This document shows positions 29,155 to 43,621 of a stretch of DNA of 64,000 nucleotides, one piece after another. A model generated the notes under the pieces. The model did no database searches. It was given only the letters and a program-made list of their open reading frames with translations, and was not told the origin of the DNA. The position numbers and the translations under genes were made by a program. Source of the DNA: Paraphysomonas bandaiensis (Eukaryota > Protista > Chrysophyceae); contig CBFFRP010000263.1 in the NCBI GenBank assembly GCA_965644295.1, positions 434,001 through 498,000 on the forward strand. The letters run 5' to 3'. The first letter of the stretch is position 1. Each line of letters starts with the position of its first letter.

Positions 29155-29780
29155 TATTGATATCTTTCTTTTTAATTAATTCTTGGTTCTTATTATAATT
29201 CCAGTTTGAATGAGTTGATTACTTCCTTAGTTTATAGATAGATATGGAGTTGTATGTGTATAGAATAGTGAGGTCTTGGATAGGGTTATATGCATAGCAT
29301 ACAAGTGTAAACTTAAGAACAAAGAAGTGAAGTGGAAGATGAAGAATATTCTGACTGTATTCCGGTATAAGCATGATATATACTGTGGTATACACTGGTA
29401 TACGTTGTATATGGGGAATAGAATGGGTATAGAATATAACGTAACCTCATATCACTGTATTCTTTATATACAGAGTGTATACACAGATCTCTCAACTGTC
29501 GTTTCACATCAGTTCACGTGAGGCAGCTCATATCATGCAGAGTATATATATATATATATATAGCCTCTTATCTCGTTAATTAACACTCTCTCCATCTAGA
29601 GACCAACGTATACATGATAAGAAAGAATTAGTGTATTCGTTTATAACTTATTGTTTTGATAGATCAATTAGTTAAGTAGTAAGTTCATAGATCGGACGTT
29701 TCGTTCGTATATATAAACGTGATCACTTGTATCAACTTATTACTGTGTAGTTTATACTTTAAACAGTGCTTAAGTATACC

Positions 29781-31129
29781 ATGAAATCGAGGGGTAATAA
29801 AGGAATTAATGATTTGGTTCAATTGAAGATGGAGAAGAAGCTGCTTGAGGCAAAGCTTGCTAACGTGAAGAAGGAGAGCAAAAAGTTGAATAAAATTATA
29901 GATAAGAAAACTATGGACAAAGCGTCTACACTCTACAGAGGAGCGTCACTACCCGAAATGTCAACAACTGTTTTAGGGAATATGACTCTGAATGATCTTC
30001 GAGTCCCGAAGCGGTCGTGTAAGGTTGATCCTATGCCTCCCCCTCGTGATCTAGATGAAGTAGAACCAACGCCCATTCCTTTTGGAAGCAATTTAGAAAG
30101 AATTAGACACCAACATATACGCAGAACTGTGGGCAAAGTTGAAATAGCTAAGCGTAATAAAGTGAAGAATGACAAAGCTGCAAAGAAAGCAGTTAAGGAA
30201 CAAATGCGACACTCCGGTATAAAGATTGCGCCGTCCATGTTTCCTAATCGATACCTTCGAGGAGAGCTACCTTGCACAATTGAACATGGAGTACGAGGTA
30301 TGAAGTCAGCTTTGTTGATATGTTTCTGATTGTCTGTTTAACCTTGTTTATAGGCCTGTATCTAAGCTGGGTATGCCCACTCGATAATCTTGACTACGAC
30401 TACTACCTTCCGATTTTCTTTGATGGTGAGTTATCCTTCGGTGTACACAGTTGCCTGAATATTTATTGTTTGGTCATTCTTGTGATTGATTAGTTTTTAT
30501 ATGAGTGTTGTACGTGTTGTTGACGGAATGTATAGGTTTGCAATGTGACCAAGAACCAATCGTGTTCCTAGCCAAACAAGGCATTGAAGACATGCTGTAT
30601 GCATGCCACGGAAATGCAGATAGGGTTATTCCAAGCCTACCTAATTTAGTGCGACCTTTAAGAAACGCACTCTCCAAATTCAGCGTTCCGATTCTGCTGA
30701 ATGTGTTAACGGTAGGCACCTATGAAGTGTTTTGTATGGTAGTCATGGCTTCGCAGGCTCTGAAGCAGCTTGTGCAGTGTGCCGATGGCGTCGGTGTAGC
30801 AATGACTCCCTACTACAAACAATTTTTACAGCCTATGAATGCCTTCCTGGATCGCACAAAGAACATAGGTGACGAAATGGATTTTGGACAGAGAAAGAAC
30901 AATGATGTTGGCGAGGAGGTGGGAACGAAGCTTATTTGCCATACTGTTCTGAATGTATAATACGTGGCAGGTGCGAACCACTCTTGAAATTATGGAAAAA
31001 ATGGGTGGCCCTGATGCATTCAAGTGTATCAAATTTGCAATACCACCATGTAAGATATTTCATTTCTGGTGTATACCGTATGCATTAATCATATGTACAG
31101 ATCAATCATACAGGGAAGGGCTGTTGTAG
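29781..31129 (+). CDS. Parkin co-regulated gene (PACRG)-family protein, multi-exon
   Basis: SMFPNRYLRGELPCTIEH, LDYDYYLPIFFDG, EPIVFLAKQG, NIGDEMDFGQ, GGPDAFKCIKFAIPPY. Confidence 0.88.
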
Positions 31130-32646
31130 ATAAGGTAGTAATACTAGATTTCGTGGAGAATACATCTTTTAATGTTCAACAGATGTAATTTGTGTTTGAA
31201 TGCTATGATAGTTTTTAATAAATAGTATTACTGGATGGAGTATTTACGAAGTATAGCCGGTGCCATCCTTGTCCCCTAACCAAGCAGTTAATCGCTCTAT
31301 TTCTTTTCCTTCTAGAAGCTGCTTTTGTAGTCCTCGAGAGGGCCACAGCCAATATTCATTCTCCAATTTCGCTACCTCTTACGATTGTATTATTTTGCTC
31401 TCAATAATTTCTCTGGACTAGTGTACTAATCGCCCATCAGTAAACAGCGAGATAGAAAAATATAATAATCCTGCGTTCTATGTTATGATAGGTGACATGG
31501 TAAAGCCTACGCCTGTACCACAGCCGCCCTGTACGAAGGCATCACCAAGTTCTAGAGAATTAGTCTCGGGAGGTCTAGATTGAGGTTTGTGTATACTTGT
31601 AGCAAATAGAGCAGTTGACATTCTATGTTAGTTGCTTAGTAGCGAAAGTGTGGTGTACTAGTCCTGTAATATTATTTCATGTAGTTAGGTATATCTTATG
31701 TTTTACTTTGACGTCCAATTTAATCATAAGCTATGTATTGCACTGATATTGTAGAAATGAACTCATTATATTGCAATATAGTCACTAACAGCATGAATAC
31801 GCATATCACAATATTTTAAATTAACGTTTACTATGGTTATAGTTTGTATCATTGCATTGAATCAATCTTCTTGGACTCACTCCATGGTTTCTCCATCGAG
31901 AGAAAATAGACCATACTACTGATAAAATACCATCTTGACCAGCATTATTATTAGCCAATAATGTGGAGTAATTTATAGCACGGAACAAGCTTGTTTATTG
32001 TCGTTGTGGGAACAGGAGTGGAGTAATCCGTTAGAGTTTAATCTATAAAGCAATGAAAATGAAGTTAACTGGTTGATAGTGACAAGTATACATCAATTGA
32101 GCACAAGTTGTGTAATGATGATAATGCACAAGTGAATTGCAATCCATATCCATACATGCATATCTACCTACTGGCCTTTGAACCTGCCATAATGGGAAAA
32201 CCCGGCTGATAGGGTGTCCGGGTTATACAGTGTATAGAGCGGTATTTGCAGTACTATTCTAATTGGATAGAAGTATTTCTGACATATAAAGTATGTATGA
32301 AATATGAAATACTGCTACTGTATGTTGCTGTATACTCTATATATCCAGATAGAACCATGTGGTGTGTTGGTGTGGTGTGATATGATTATGTGGTGCTACT
32401 GTTGCTGTGGTATCCATATGCTGTAGGGTACAGTATATAGAAGACACTGAGGTGTGTGGTGTGACAGTACATACAGTGGTATGTTTGGTATGTACACACT
32501 GTACATTGATCTGGTATGTATATGGATGTGATCATATATAACTTACATATGGCAGATATATATACATATATATAACACACTGCAGTCATAATCACATAAT
32601 TATATAACATTAAAATCATTTCATACAAAATATAATTTAAACCATA

Positions 32647-34467
32647 ATGTTTACACGTGATGCTGATAAAACAAGTACAATCAGAGGACTTAGCAGTGAT
32701 GCTCATACAGCTCGTTTACTTAAAACAGATGATGAAGATGAACCCCATAAAACACGACGTGCATCATCTGTATACAGTCAATATACTGATCCGGTAATCA
32801 AATCATTCATATGTTTTATAGATCTTATATCTGTATACAGGATGTCCCTCTAGAGCCTGTACTTCTCAATGAAGCCTCATCCATATCATGTTACATGAAC
32901 TTAACGAATACAATTATTGGCAGTGGTATGTATTATGAAGTTAATTACCATCTAAACCCTTTAATATATTCGTATGAAGGTGTACTAGGTCTTCCTTACG
33001 CTGTTGCTCATTCAGGGTCTATACTCGGTGTGGCTCTAGTTTTTCTTTCTGCTGTTTGCGGTATCTTTTCGCTTCATTTACTGTCTATTTGTGCTGTCAA
33101 AGTACCACCACCGTCTTCATTCTACTCAGTGACAGAGGCTAGTGTTCCTCAGCTAACTTTTCTCATTGATTTGGCGGTAGCAGTGCAGTGCTTTGGGGTC
33201 TGTGCCTCATACCTGATAGTGATTGGAGGGTTGATGCCTGATGTCATGGAAAATTTTGATGTGGATGGGTTCTGGCTCAACAGACAACCATGGATAATCC
33301 TGGGGTTCGCAGTGGTGGCTCCTCTGAGCTGCTTTCACAAACTTGACGCGCTGAAATATACATCTGGGGTGTCTGTGTTGTTCGTGCTGTTTCTGATGTT
33401 TCTGGTACTCTTCTACGCTATACCAGGTGATGGGCTGCATCCATGTGACTTGGACGATGACGACGATGGCGATTGCGTTGGGGACAGGCCATTGATTTCT
33501 ATTACCAATCAGACCATGCGTGTGTTCAGTATATTCGTGTTTGCCTTTTCCTGTCAGACGGTATGACTTTAAATTTATGTTTTTATTTTAATCACGCCAC
33601 CTGCCAACATGCATACTCTTCTATGTAATCGTGGGAATGTATCAGCTTATTTTGGAATGAATAATTAGAGAATGTGTTGATTATTGAAATTTATTCTTAT
33701 AGTTGATCTAATTACTCTTTACGTACAGAACATATTTGCCGTCGTGAACGAGATCCGCAACCCGTCACAACAGCGATACGACAATGTGGCTGCATCCTCA
33801 ATCTTCACGGCATTGACTATCTACACTATAGTGGCAATTGCGGGGTTCTTCACATATGGTGACTCCGTAGACTCCAATATCCTTATAAGTTACCCTAGTA
33901 AGTGTTTCACAATTAATTAGCCAATGGAATATAGATGTGCATGTCATTTATCTTTTCTTTAAAATACACTATACTTATGCTGTGCTATTGTCTTGCAGAG
34001 ACTCACTTAACAAGCGTGGCACGTGTATTTGTGTCTCTACTCGTGGCGTTCTCATTTCCTCTGCTGTGTCATCCCGGACGAAATTCTATTCTTGGTCTGT
34101 GGAGAGGTTGTGATCGCGACGAGGATGCGTGGATCAAGTATAACAAAATGAGATATATTATCGTTACAGTAAGTGTATTGCAGTTGCTTCCATGACTGTA
34201 ATATAACGGACTTATTGCAAATCATGTACACAGGTGGGGCTCCTCGCTGGTAGTTTCTTTACGGCGATGACTGTGAAGGATCTTGGTATTATATTTGCTC
34301 TGGTTGGAGCCACTGGCGCCACTATGATTAGTTTCATTCTTCCCGGGGCAGCCTATTACAATATGCACCGTCACCAGGGCCCAGAATGGAAGAGATACGG
34401 TGCCCTAGTTCTCTGCGGACTGGGATGTGTCATCATGCCAGTTTGCCTGGTCTTCATCTTCATATAG
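32647..34467 (+). CDS. AAAP/SLC38 (AVT-type) amino acid transporter, multi-exon
   Basis: NLTNTIIGSG(V)LGLPYA, FVFAFSCQ, VAFSFPL, ALVGATGATMISFILPG. Confidence 0.9.
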
Positions 34468-35278
34468 AAAAGACAGAAGTAGTCGCTCCATACAAGGGTG
34501 TAAACTAGAAATAATATACCTAGCATGGCGCTACAAAGTAGCGCATAACTTTGGATAGCACGAAGAATTCTTGTTGTTTGGTCATGCCTTTTTACTTGGC
34601 TAAGCTCATAGTATTACAAACTCGGTGTACACAAAGTTAATGTAATATATGGCGTAGTCATATTTTTACTCATTTTACGAAATATATTTTCGTGTTCAAG
34701 AGATATTGAACTCCTGCCCTGTACAGCGTCCACATTTATTTGTATCGAATGTACTAAAATTTCAGACACTTCTAGGAATGATGATTAAGTAGATAACAAA
34801 TTTTTTATAATATGTCCTTTTAGTTCACCAAAACTACATTACACAGTCATACATTAGAAATTAGAACCTAGATTTAATTTTTATATTCCAGTTATGAACT
34901 AGTTTCACTTTTTGTACAGCATTAGCCATCTTCTATAGCACAACACATACTCAATCGTTCAATGAAAATATACAGCCTATACTCAAAAGGAGAATGGTAT
35001 AGCAGTATGAGGTTATATATTCCTTCCGATATATGGAGTGAATATGGTAAATACGAACTATAAACTCGTGCTGTAAAATCTACAAGAGTATCTTGCACTC
35101 TGATATATTAAAGTGCTGTACGAAGTTAGCACTGTGAGAACATACCTGAGATAGCGATGTCAGCATGGACATAAAGCAGATCATAAAAGCACTGAGGAAG
35201 GGGAAAATAATAATACCATAGCATATTTAGTTTATCTGCTGTGTTGTTATAATATTTTAGCTCAACTATAGCTCTACT

Positions 35279-37076
35279 CTATATCGGTCCTGACGCTTCG
35301 TTGGAAGGAGATTTTTTTTCTAATCCAAACAGTAACGCATCTTTTGGTGTGAAATATCCAACAAAATATAATGAACTAACTGCACCAATCACCGCACTGC
35401 ATAGTGCAGCCACCACAACAGAAACACTTAGCATTGTGGCAGAATATGTGTCAGCGTCACTATCATCATTAGAATCATAGCCGTTGTACGTAGCTTGTGT
35501 AGAATACATAATCGTACCTCCAGTGTTCCATCCTAGACCCTCACCCCATACGACATGGGAGTTTCCATCACTGTCAATCTTAAGAGACCCATAATCGCCG
35601 TATGGGAATTCAAAACCTTGGGAATTCTGAAAGCCATATTTGTTGTAGAAAGAGAGTCTCACAGATGGCGATGACCACGTCACACCAGAGTCCTTGCTTT
35701 CTCTATAGTATACATTCCACATGCCTGCAAAACAACACGTATAAACAGAATAGCAGCACATATTCAAATCATGTGCTTCATTATGAATGGTGTTTCAAGT
35801 ATAAGTGAGTCAGCTACATGCACAATGCAAACACATATATAATTTTCTTTATGGTATAATTGAGCCTACCGGTACGGTTATCCATCCATGCTGCCCTGAC
35901 ATCTCCATTTCCTGTAGCAGCTATCATTACAAATCCATGGAATACATTCTGAAAGTAAGGGGCATCTGATATATCCACCGGGATAGAAAACTCATCGGAA
36001 CCTGAACGCAGTGAGGTCAACAATACACGGGTTTCATTAGCTGGTGTGGTAGTATCATCGGCACCGAATGCGTAATACACCGTGTCATTCATATCTATAG
36101 CAAGACTGCAACTGCCAACTAAAAAGTCTGTGCCACACTCCGCGTATTCCGGGCACTTCTGTGTATCCTTCCAACGGGAGATGTTGTACCGTTTCCAGGT
36201 AGCGCCTTCATTGTTTGACGAGTACACATAGGCATAGGAAGAATTGGCAGCATCAGTCTCATTACCAACAGGCCCATAATAAGAATAGGCATCGTCATCA
36301 AACTCTTCTTCAACGGTATCCTCACCATAATCTGGAGTTGCCATATAGGCAAAGAACACTTCCCCAGAAGATCGGACCCCGCTGCCTCCAGCGTAAAAGT
36401 AACTCCCCTCCTGGTAGTCCACCTGAAGTGGAGTGGACCAAGTAGAACCTCCATCACTTGTACGCGTTACATACGGAAACTGAGAATTAAATGTAACATA
36501 GAGTACATCTGGGTTGCTCGGGTGGATGCTCATCCAGTTTTTGTCCGCCGATATGTTTCCAGATACTACCACAGGATTAGACCAGGATTCACCTCCATTC
36601 AGTGACTTCTGAAAAAGAATATTCCAAGGGTGAGGTGGAGGCTGCTTTGTGTAACCTATATAGGTTATGTAAATGTTCCCTGAGGGGTCGTGCACACCGA
36701 CGATGTCGGCAAACCAAGTCAACGGATTCGTATTAATATATCCCCACGATAGCTCAGAGTCCCCTATAGTATCCCATGTATTCCCAAAATCTGAACTCTT
36801 GCGATATATTATTGGATCCTCACCACAATCTTCACATGATCGAACGCCATGCACACTGACAGCAAATACATATATTTCTCCGTCATCTGTGACTACTATC
36901 TGCGGTTCCCATGTATCGAGCAGTACATCGTCAGAAAACACTGGTTTGTCCATTATGAAAGATGTAACATCTTCAGGATAAGGTGGAGGATATTCCAAGT
37001 CAACATTGAGTGTATTGGAGAGAGCGGTATAGTCAAAGATACAGCATAATAGCCATAGAGATGATAAGGAAATCAT
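35279..37076 (-). CDS. Membrane-anchored BNR/Asp-box (sialidase-like beta-propeller) protein, 1 intron
   Basis: Signal peptide; Asp-box repeats SSDFGNTW, SLNGGESW, TSDGGSTW, SNNEGATW, SKDSGVTW; C-terminal TM helix. Confidence 0.8.
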
Positions 37077-37545
37077 TGCCTCTTGTATAACACAAATACA
37101 ACTTTGTGAAGGGTGAGATTGAATAATGATATATAGAACTCAATAGTGTTTGTAGATATCAATAAGTTCATTAGTCAGATGTATTGTTCCATATGATCTT
37201 TACGATATTATCTGAATAGCACCTCTGTACATATGTTTATATGCGTGTTGAGAAATGCATATGGATACTTGTATATAGTGAATTGGACCAATCAGATCAC
37301 GACTGTAGGAGAGTGTATAGGTATATGTAGGTAGGGCTCTACAGTAGGTCGGTACACATGTATAGGTACTATAGGGCCATATATGTGTAGGTTGGTACAT
37401 ATATACAGCACATAGGTATATAGGTACGTAGGCTTTGTAGAGAAGTACGTCGTAAGGTAGCATTATAGGAGTCCAAGCTCGACGCAACTCTCATAGAGAA
37501 GAATAGAGATATATATCCAATTCAACACACATTATTACCCTAACA

Positions 37546-38978
37546 ATGCTATCTACATCTCTTTCCAAACCTGTTAAAAGTATTTGTGTTGTTGGTGCAG
37601 GGGCTGCAGGTCTTATTGCACTGCATGAGTTTCGTCAGAGCGGTTTCTCTGTTACTGCACTAGAGATGCTCGGTCATGTGGGAGGTATATGGAAGAGTAT
37701 GAACAGTAATGCAATATATGACTCATTGGTAACTAATTTACCAAAAGAAGTAATGGCGATTAGTGAAGAATTCCCTTTTAGGGAGAGTTTACCCTCTTTT
37801 GTGCATCATTCAGATGTTAACGAATATCTCCATAATTTTGCAGAGCAGAACCAGCTATTAGATTCAATAAAGCTTAATTGTAATGTAATATGCACTAAGA
37901 AAGAATATCATAAAGGAAGTGATAAGGAGATGTGGCGGGTTGACTATGTTGATACGACACGACACGAGGAAAAGTCTTTATACTGTGATGCATTGGTTGT
38001 GTGTAATGGTCACTTCAATGAGCCAGTTTGTCCCGAAATTAAAGGTATCGAACACTTCCGAGGAGAGCTTATGCACTCCAAGAGCTATAAAAATCCTTCT
38101 GGGTTTGCAGATAAGACAGTTGTAGTTGTGGGAGCTAAATCCAGTGCTACTGACATCGCAAGAGAAATAGCCTCCGTGGCTCGAAGCCTACATGTCTCCA
38201 ACCGCAGCTACAGTGGCCCTTCATTTACTTCTAATGTAACTGGTATACACCATCACGGTGGGCTTGAGGGAATGAATGAGACTGGTGTTCTGAAGTTTTT
38301 GGATGGCGAGGAAGTGGTAGCCGATTGCATTGTTCACTGTACCGGCTACGAATATCATTTCCCATTCTTACCGACCGACAGTTCTCCGTGCGTTTCAGTT
38401 TGTTCCCGTTCCGTGCGGCCACTCTACCGGCACGTGTTTCATGAAGACGATCCGACGCTATCGTTTATAGGATTGCCACACACTATCATTCCATTTCCAA
38501 TTTTTCTTGCCCAGGCTCGATGGGTGGCCGCAGTGTACTCCGGTGCTCCTGGGAGTTGCCCCCTGGCCTCCACACAAGAGATGCGGGAGTGGAGGGAAGA
38601 GTATGAATCGTTGTTAAGACACCCGGATCGATTAGGCGGGCCATTTCCCTCTAACTACCACTACATGGGCGGCTATATGTGGGAATACCTCCGTGATCTA
38701 GCGAGGCTTACACACCGTGATGCAGATGAAAATGTTCCTCTACAGCGTAATATACGTTTGCTACAGGAAATATATACCGACGTAGGTACCAGACGCCCAC
38801 GTGAGGTGGGTGCAAGTGATGCATATAGGAGAAACCAATACACAGTTGACAGGTGAGGGGTAATCTCATATGTATCGTTTGTATTGAATTGTATTGTACG
38901 TGAATTAACCGTAAGCTTAGTTACTCTATTTCTTGCAGGGAAACAGGGAAGTGGACTGTACATGTCCCGGAGTGTTAA
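37546..38978 (+). CDS. Flavin-containing monooxygenase (class B FMO)
   Basis: GAGAAG FAD motif, FRGELMHSKSYK FMO signature, degenerate GAKSSA NADPH motif, HCTGY; short terminal exon ending 38978. Confidence 0.92.
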
Positions 38979-40540
38979 ACTATGTTGCAATAGAATGTAG
39001 TATACTTTAGCTTTGTCGTTGAACGGTAGCGTTACGTCAGTGTTGTACAATACATACACAATGATAAGAACTATGAGACTGAATAATAATCTATTCTTAT
39101 AATATTGAGCTCAGTATTTTTGATTATCATATCTAGTTCTATTTTGCAATTTCATAGGTGTGAATAGTGAAATAGTTTTACAAAAGTGCTTGCAAACAAT
39201 GCTACTACAATGAAAGTCATGGTATATGTACTGTAGTATACTTACAGACAGAAGTGTACTTCGGGCCAGAGAAGCAATGTAAAGGGAATTGAGAGGTTGT
39301 CTAAGAGGTAAAATCTGAATAATGCATAATAATAAGAGTATGCCGTTTTATTATCCAATGATGTAAATTAACATACAACTAATACTCTTCGGCAGGAGAG
39401 TTGTGTTCGAAAATGCAACTCTACATGCGTAGTCTTTCAAAGCTGATAATTTTACAACACATCGCTTCCATAAAGAAATTTCGGATGTTTATTCTTTATC
39501 GCCTAACACACCAAAGCAGATGGAAATTATGAATAGTGACGTATATCTATAGACAAGTTTAATATTATATGAAAGGCGCCATCAGATAGCAGGAGGAGTA
39601 ACATCTCGTTCACTGAACAGTTAATTTTATTCTTTACAATCGCCCAAATCAAGAAGTGATTTATCAGAATAAGTGAAGATGATTTATATGCTAGGTGACT
39701 ACATGCACTCCTGTGTTACAAGCCCTTGTATTGTGCAGGCTTAGTTGAGTAGGACTTATAACCGTCAAGTCATACTATAAAATCTCTATGAAATGAGTAC
39801 AGCAGCAGTGTTGTCGCTTAATATTGTGAGATTGTAAACTCAAGAGGACAGAATAAATGGATACATCTTTAGATTCATGCAATTTAATAATGCTTGGACT
39901 GAGAAGTACCTTACAAGAATGTGCCCATACAACTGTACATGTACAGCCACATGTACCCATATGCATGCCTATACAGCATGTATAGGTATGTGTACCTATG
40001 TACCTATGTACCTATACAGCTATACAACTATACCCATATACGTAGCATATAGGTACACATGTACGTATGTATGCCTATGTCCATACACATGTGTCTCATG
40101 TCCGTATGTAAGTTTACACATAATGTAGTCTACCTATTGTTCTATATTCGTGCGTATGTACGGTAATAGTTTCATGTATACACTGTAGTCCCACCCATCC
40201 TTGCACCAGTCATTGACAAGCAAGACGGATATTTGACGTCTCGATCGTCTGAAGTACACTTCCTACACTTCTTTCCCTTCTAAACGTAAACCCAGCAATC
40301 TACATATATATATATATGGTACCACATCAATACAAAAGAAGTAGAAGTGAATGACCACATCATTAAGATGATGATGATACTGTGAGTGTAGTATATATAA
40401 GTGTTTTACTGTATATTCACATTCATTGATATTCATATATATACACACTCATACATCTACTGTCAGTTACATCTATGAATGACATTCACGTGTGGTAGTG
40501 ACTTAAGACGTGACATCTTGTATTTCCTAAAATAAATCCA

Positions 40541-43047
40541 ATGATTTCTACAGTATTTTTAGTAATAATAACACTAATAGAGTGTTATCATACATATGCT
40601 TTATCTGATATCTCTTCTATTGGTTTTATCTGTTATCCAGACACTGTGGCTAATGTAGACAACAATTACTGTCTCAGAGATGATATTGTAGTGACATCTA
40701 CCGATAATCAACTGCATATATCATCATCTGGTTGTCCAGGTGATTAATATCAGGATTATATGTGTTTGCTCTTATATATATTATAGATCACGGTATTCCA
40801 GCTGCTTGCAATATCTCTCAACAGTATGGTATGTGCCCTGACGTACCACGATATCAAAAATATCAAATGTCGATACCAAAGAACCCTACTATTGATAAAA
40901 GTGGTCCTTTTCCAGTCCCTCTGCAAGGAGTTTACGATGGAAGTGGGGATTTTGAGAACGGTCCTGTTGGTATTGCAGCTAATGGCGTATTATTGTATAG
41001 CGAGTATGTGCGGTACGGTCCCGAAGGAGAGTTTAAACTCAGCTCGTCATCACTGGATTTAGACTCATGTGGGGGTTTTACTGACATCGCAAATAGGTAT
41101 CATTATCGCGCGTCACCTTTATGCCTTCTAGATCGAATGCGTTCTACAGTTCCGGCTTCGCCTTCTGATTATATTGCTGCAAGCAATAAGGACATACAAA
41201 TATCCCACTGGCCAGTTACAGGGACACCAAGTCCTATAGTAGGCTATGCATTAGATGGATTTCCGATATATGGTCCCTATAACTCCACTGGACAGCTTCA
41301 GGTTGCAGGCGAGGGTGGTGCCCTGGATGATTGCAATTTTGACTCTCGAACTCAGCGCTACTATATTACCGCTAACGCACCATTCGTTCCAGCTTGCCTG
41401 GTAGGAGAGCTGGGGTCATTTCAAAGTACTGTTATTCCTCAGGGACTCTGTCCTTCCAAGGGTGTTGATAGTGTCTGGTGCAATGGACCTGGATGCCAAC
41501 CAAAGCACCACGCTGTGAATTCTACTGTTGAACCGTTCAGAGCAGACATAAAGTGGTTTCTCACTCTGTCAATTACTTGCGTGCTCCTATTTATATTAGT
41601 AGGGAGTACTTACAGACGAATTTTTTATCCTGAACTTTTTCATTACCCCGCCGAAAAAATTGTCAACTCTATGCTGCCTGCCTTTTTGCTTCTCCTGGTA
41701 CTGCAACCCCTTTACAAAGTGTATTTCGGTGATAGTTCTGCTGCAGAGGATTACACCATCAATTATTCTCCAATCAGTACATACCTAAACGAAGCCATAG
41801 GATCTTTTCTAACTGTGTCAGGTGTACTCTATAGTCTAATTGTCTCGCAGCTATTCAGTCTCATCAATGAGAAATTCAAGAACATCCGTGATGCTCTTGG
41901 GGATGAGCTTGCGAGTTGTCGTCAGATTGTCTTATGTATCAAAGCTATTCAACTGCCGACTTCATCAGACGCTAAGGTGACTCCACGAAATGATAAGCAA
42001 GTATTGCAAAAGATGAAAGCGGTAAAAGTGGTGGTATGGTATGTGAGTCAGTTAGCCAAGAAATGGGGACAGTCAGTTGGAACCAATGACGATTCCCTGG
42101 ATGTACTGTATGGACTGCTTCCGCTGGTATCCACGTTATGTGATGATACGAATACGCAATTCAACTACCACGTTGCTGATAGGATAATGGATTCGTTAAA
42201 CGAACTTGCTAATGCGAAGTATCATCGTTTGGCCCTGGAGGATCAATCTGTCCCCACTGCAATGTGGTATCTGCAGTACCTCCTCAGCACGGTAATGTTT
42301 CTTGGTGTTGTATTCATATTCACCGGGTCAGAATTGTTGGATTATACCATCTGCTATCTTTCCGCCATGCTTGTGGGCATGGTTGCTTTGATAATAGCAG
42401 ATATGGACATGCCCTACAATGGCCTTATACGGATACAGCATGACCCTGTGTATGAGTTGCTTAGTACATTGGCCGCGTCAGACGATAAAGCAGCGCTTGC
42501 GACTAATCTAGATAGAAAAAATAGTCGATTCTTTAAATCTGATCTTGGTCGAGTGAGTTCAGGAACTCTCAGCAAGGCAGTCGCAGCCTCTAATAGGCGA
42601 TCTTTTTATGATTCTGCGAAGCTTGCGACACTGGGGTCGGAGCGACGATCGTCACTTAAAGGGGTGGCTAGGTTGGTGAGCCTATCGGGCATCCGCACGC
42701 CGAAAGTCTTTTCCCGTAATAACAGTATGGACACCACTGCTACTGTAGGAGGGACTGCCCCCTCTATGGAGAACAACACCTGGAGTCCAGGAACTAGCAG
42801 GAACAACAGCGTGATGATGTCTACTGCTTTAGGGGACCAAAACCACGACGTGCTACCGATGTCATCAGGGGGTGTAATAGATGAAAGCAGTAGCGAAAAT
42901 GTAATCCAGGGTGCTATCGTGCAGCTGTCCTTGCAGAAGCGGCAACAGTATAGAGATGAGGCATCCCGGATCGCCTCCAAATATAATCGTGATGAAAGTT
43001 TCAGTGATGAAAGTGTCCCTCCTGATATGGAATCCGGTGATACTTAG
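40541..43047 (+). CDS. YHYH-domain / DUF4239 (bestrophin-like) membrane fusion protein (intron about 40740-40787)
   Basis: Signal peptide; YHYH-family motifs GPVGIAANGVLLY, LDSCGG..RYHYR, SPIVGYALDGFPIYGP; then TM helices with GVLYSLIV..E..., R...VP..MW and IADMDMPYNGLIRI as in DUF4239. Confidence 0.75.
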
Positions 43048-43621
43048 TGTTCAGAACTGCAGTGATGCTTGGCTCGTATTGCGTCCTGATTCGCGAGCGA
43101 AGCAAAATCTAACTTTTGAAGGCGCTCTTTTTTTTTTCAATGTTTATGAGATATAACGATTCCTGCTAACCCTGGATGACTGATGACTTGCTTCGCATCC
43201 AATTGTACTTTTTATATTCTTCATGTCATAGGCAAACCGTTTATTACACTGTTGTTTTTTCGTTGATTGAAGTATCTATGTACCATGCAGTCTGTATTGA
43301 CTCTTAAAGCTGAAATGCTATAACTATATGCAGCTAATTTTCTCATTTCAGTAAAGTAAACTATATTCGTCGTATTAATCATTTTCTAAATTCTGGGATC
43401 TTCATGTGTTGCAGATATTTATTTTGCCATGCCACCAAGTGGAGATTACGTAAATATGTTATATAGTAAAATATTATAGAAAATATTCTTATATTTAACA
43501 ACAACGCTACTATATGAGGCGCAAGGTTTGTCATATGCTCACATATATTGAAAGTCTTATTATTAGCAATAGGCGTTAAAAACCTGCACCAACTTAGTAG
43601 CTAGATGAATGCTAGACAAAC

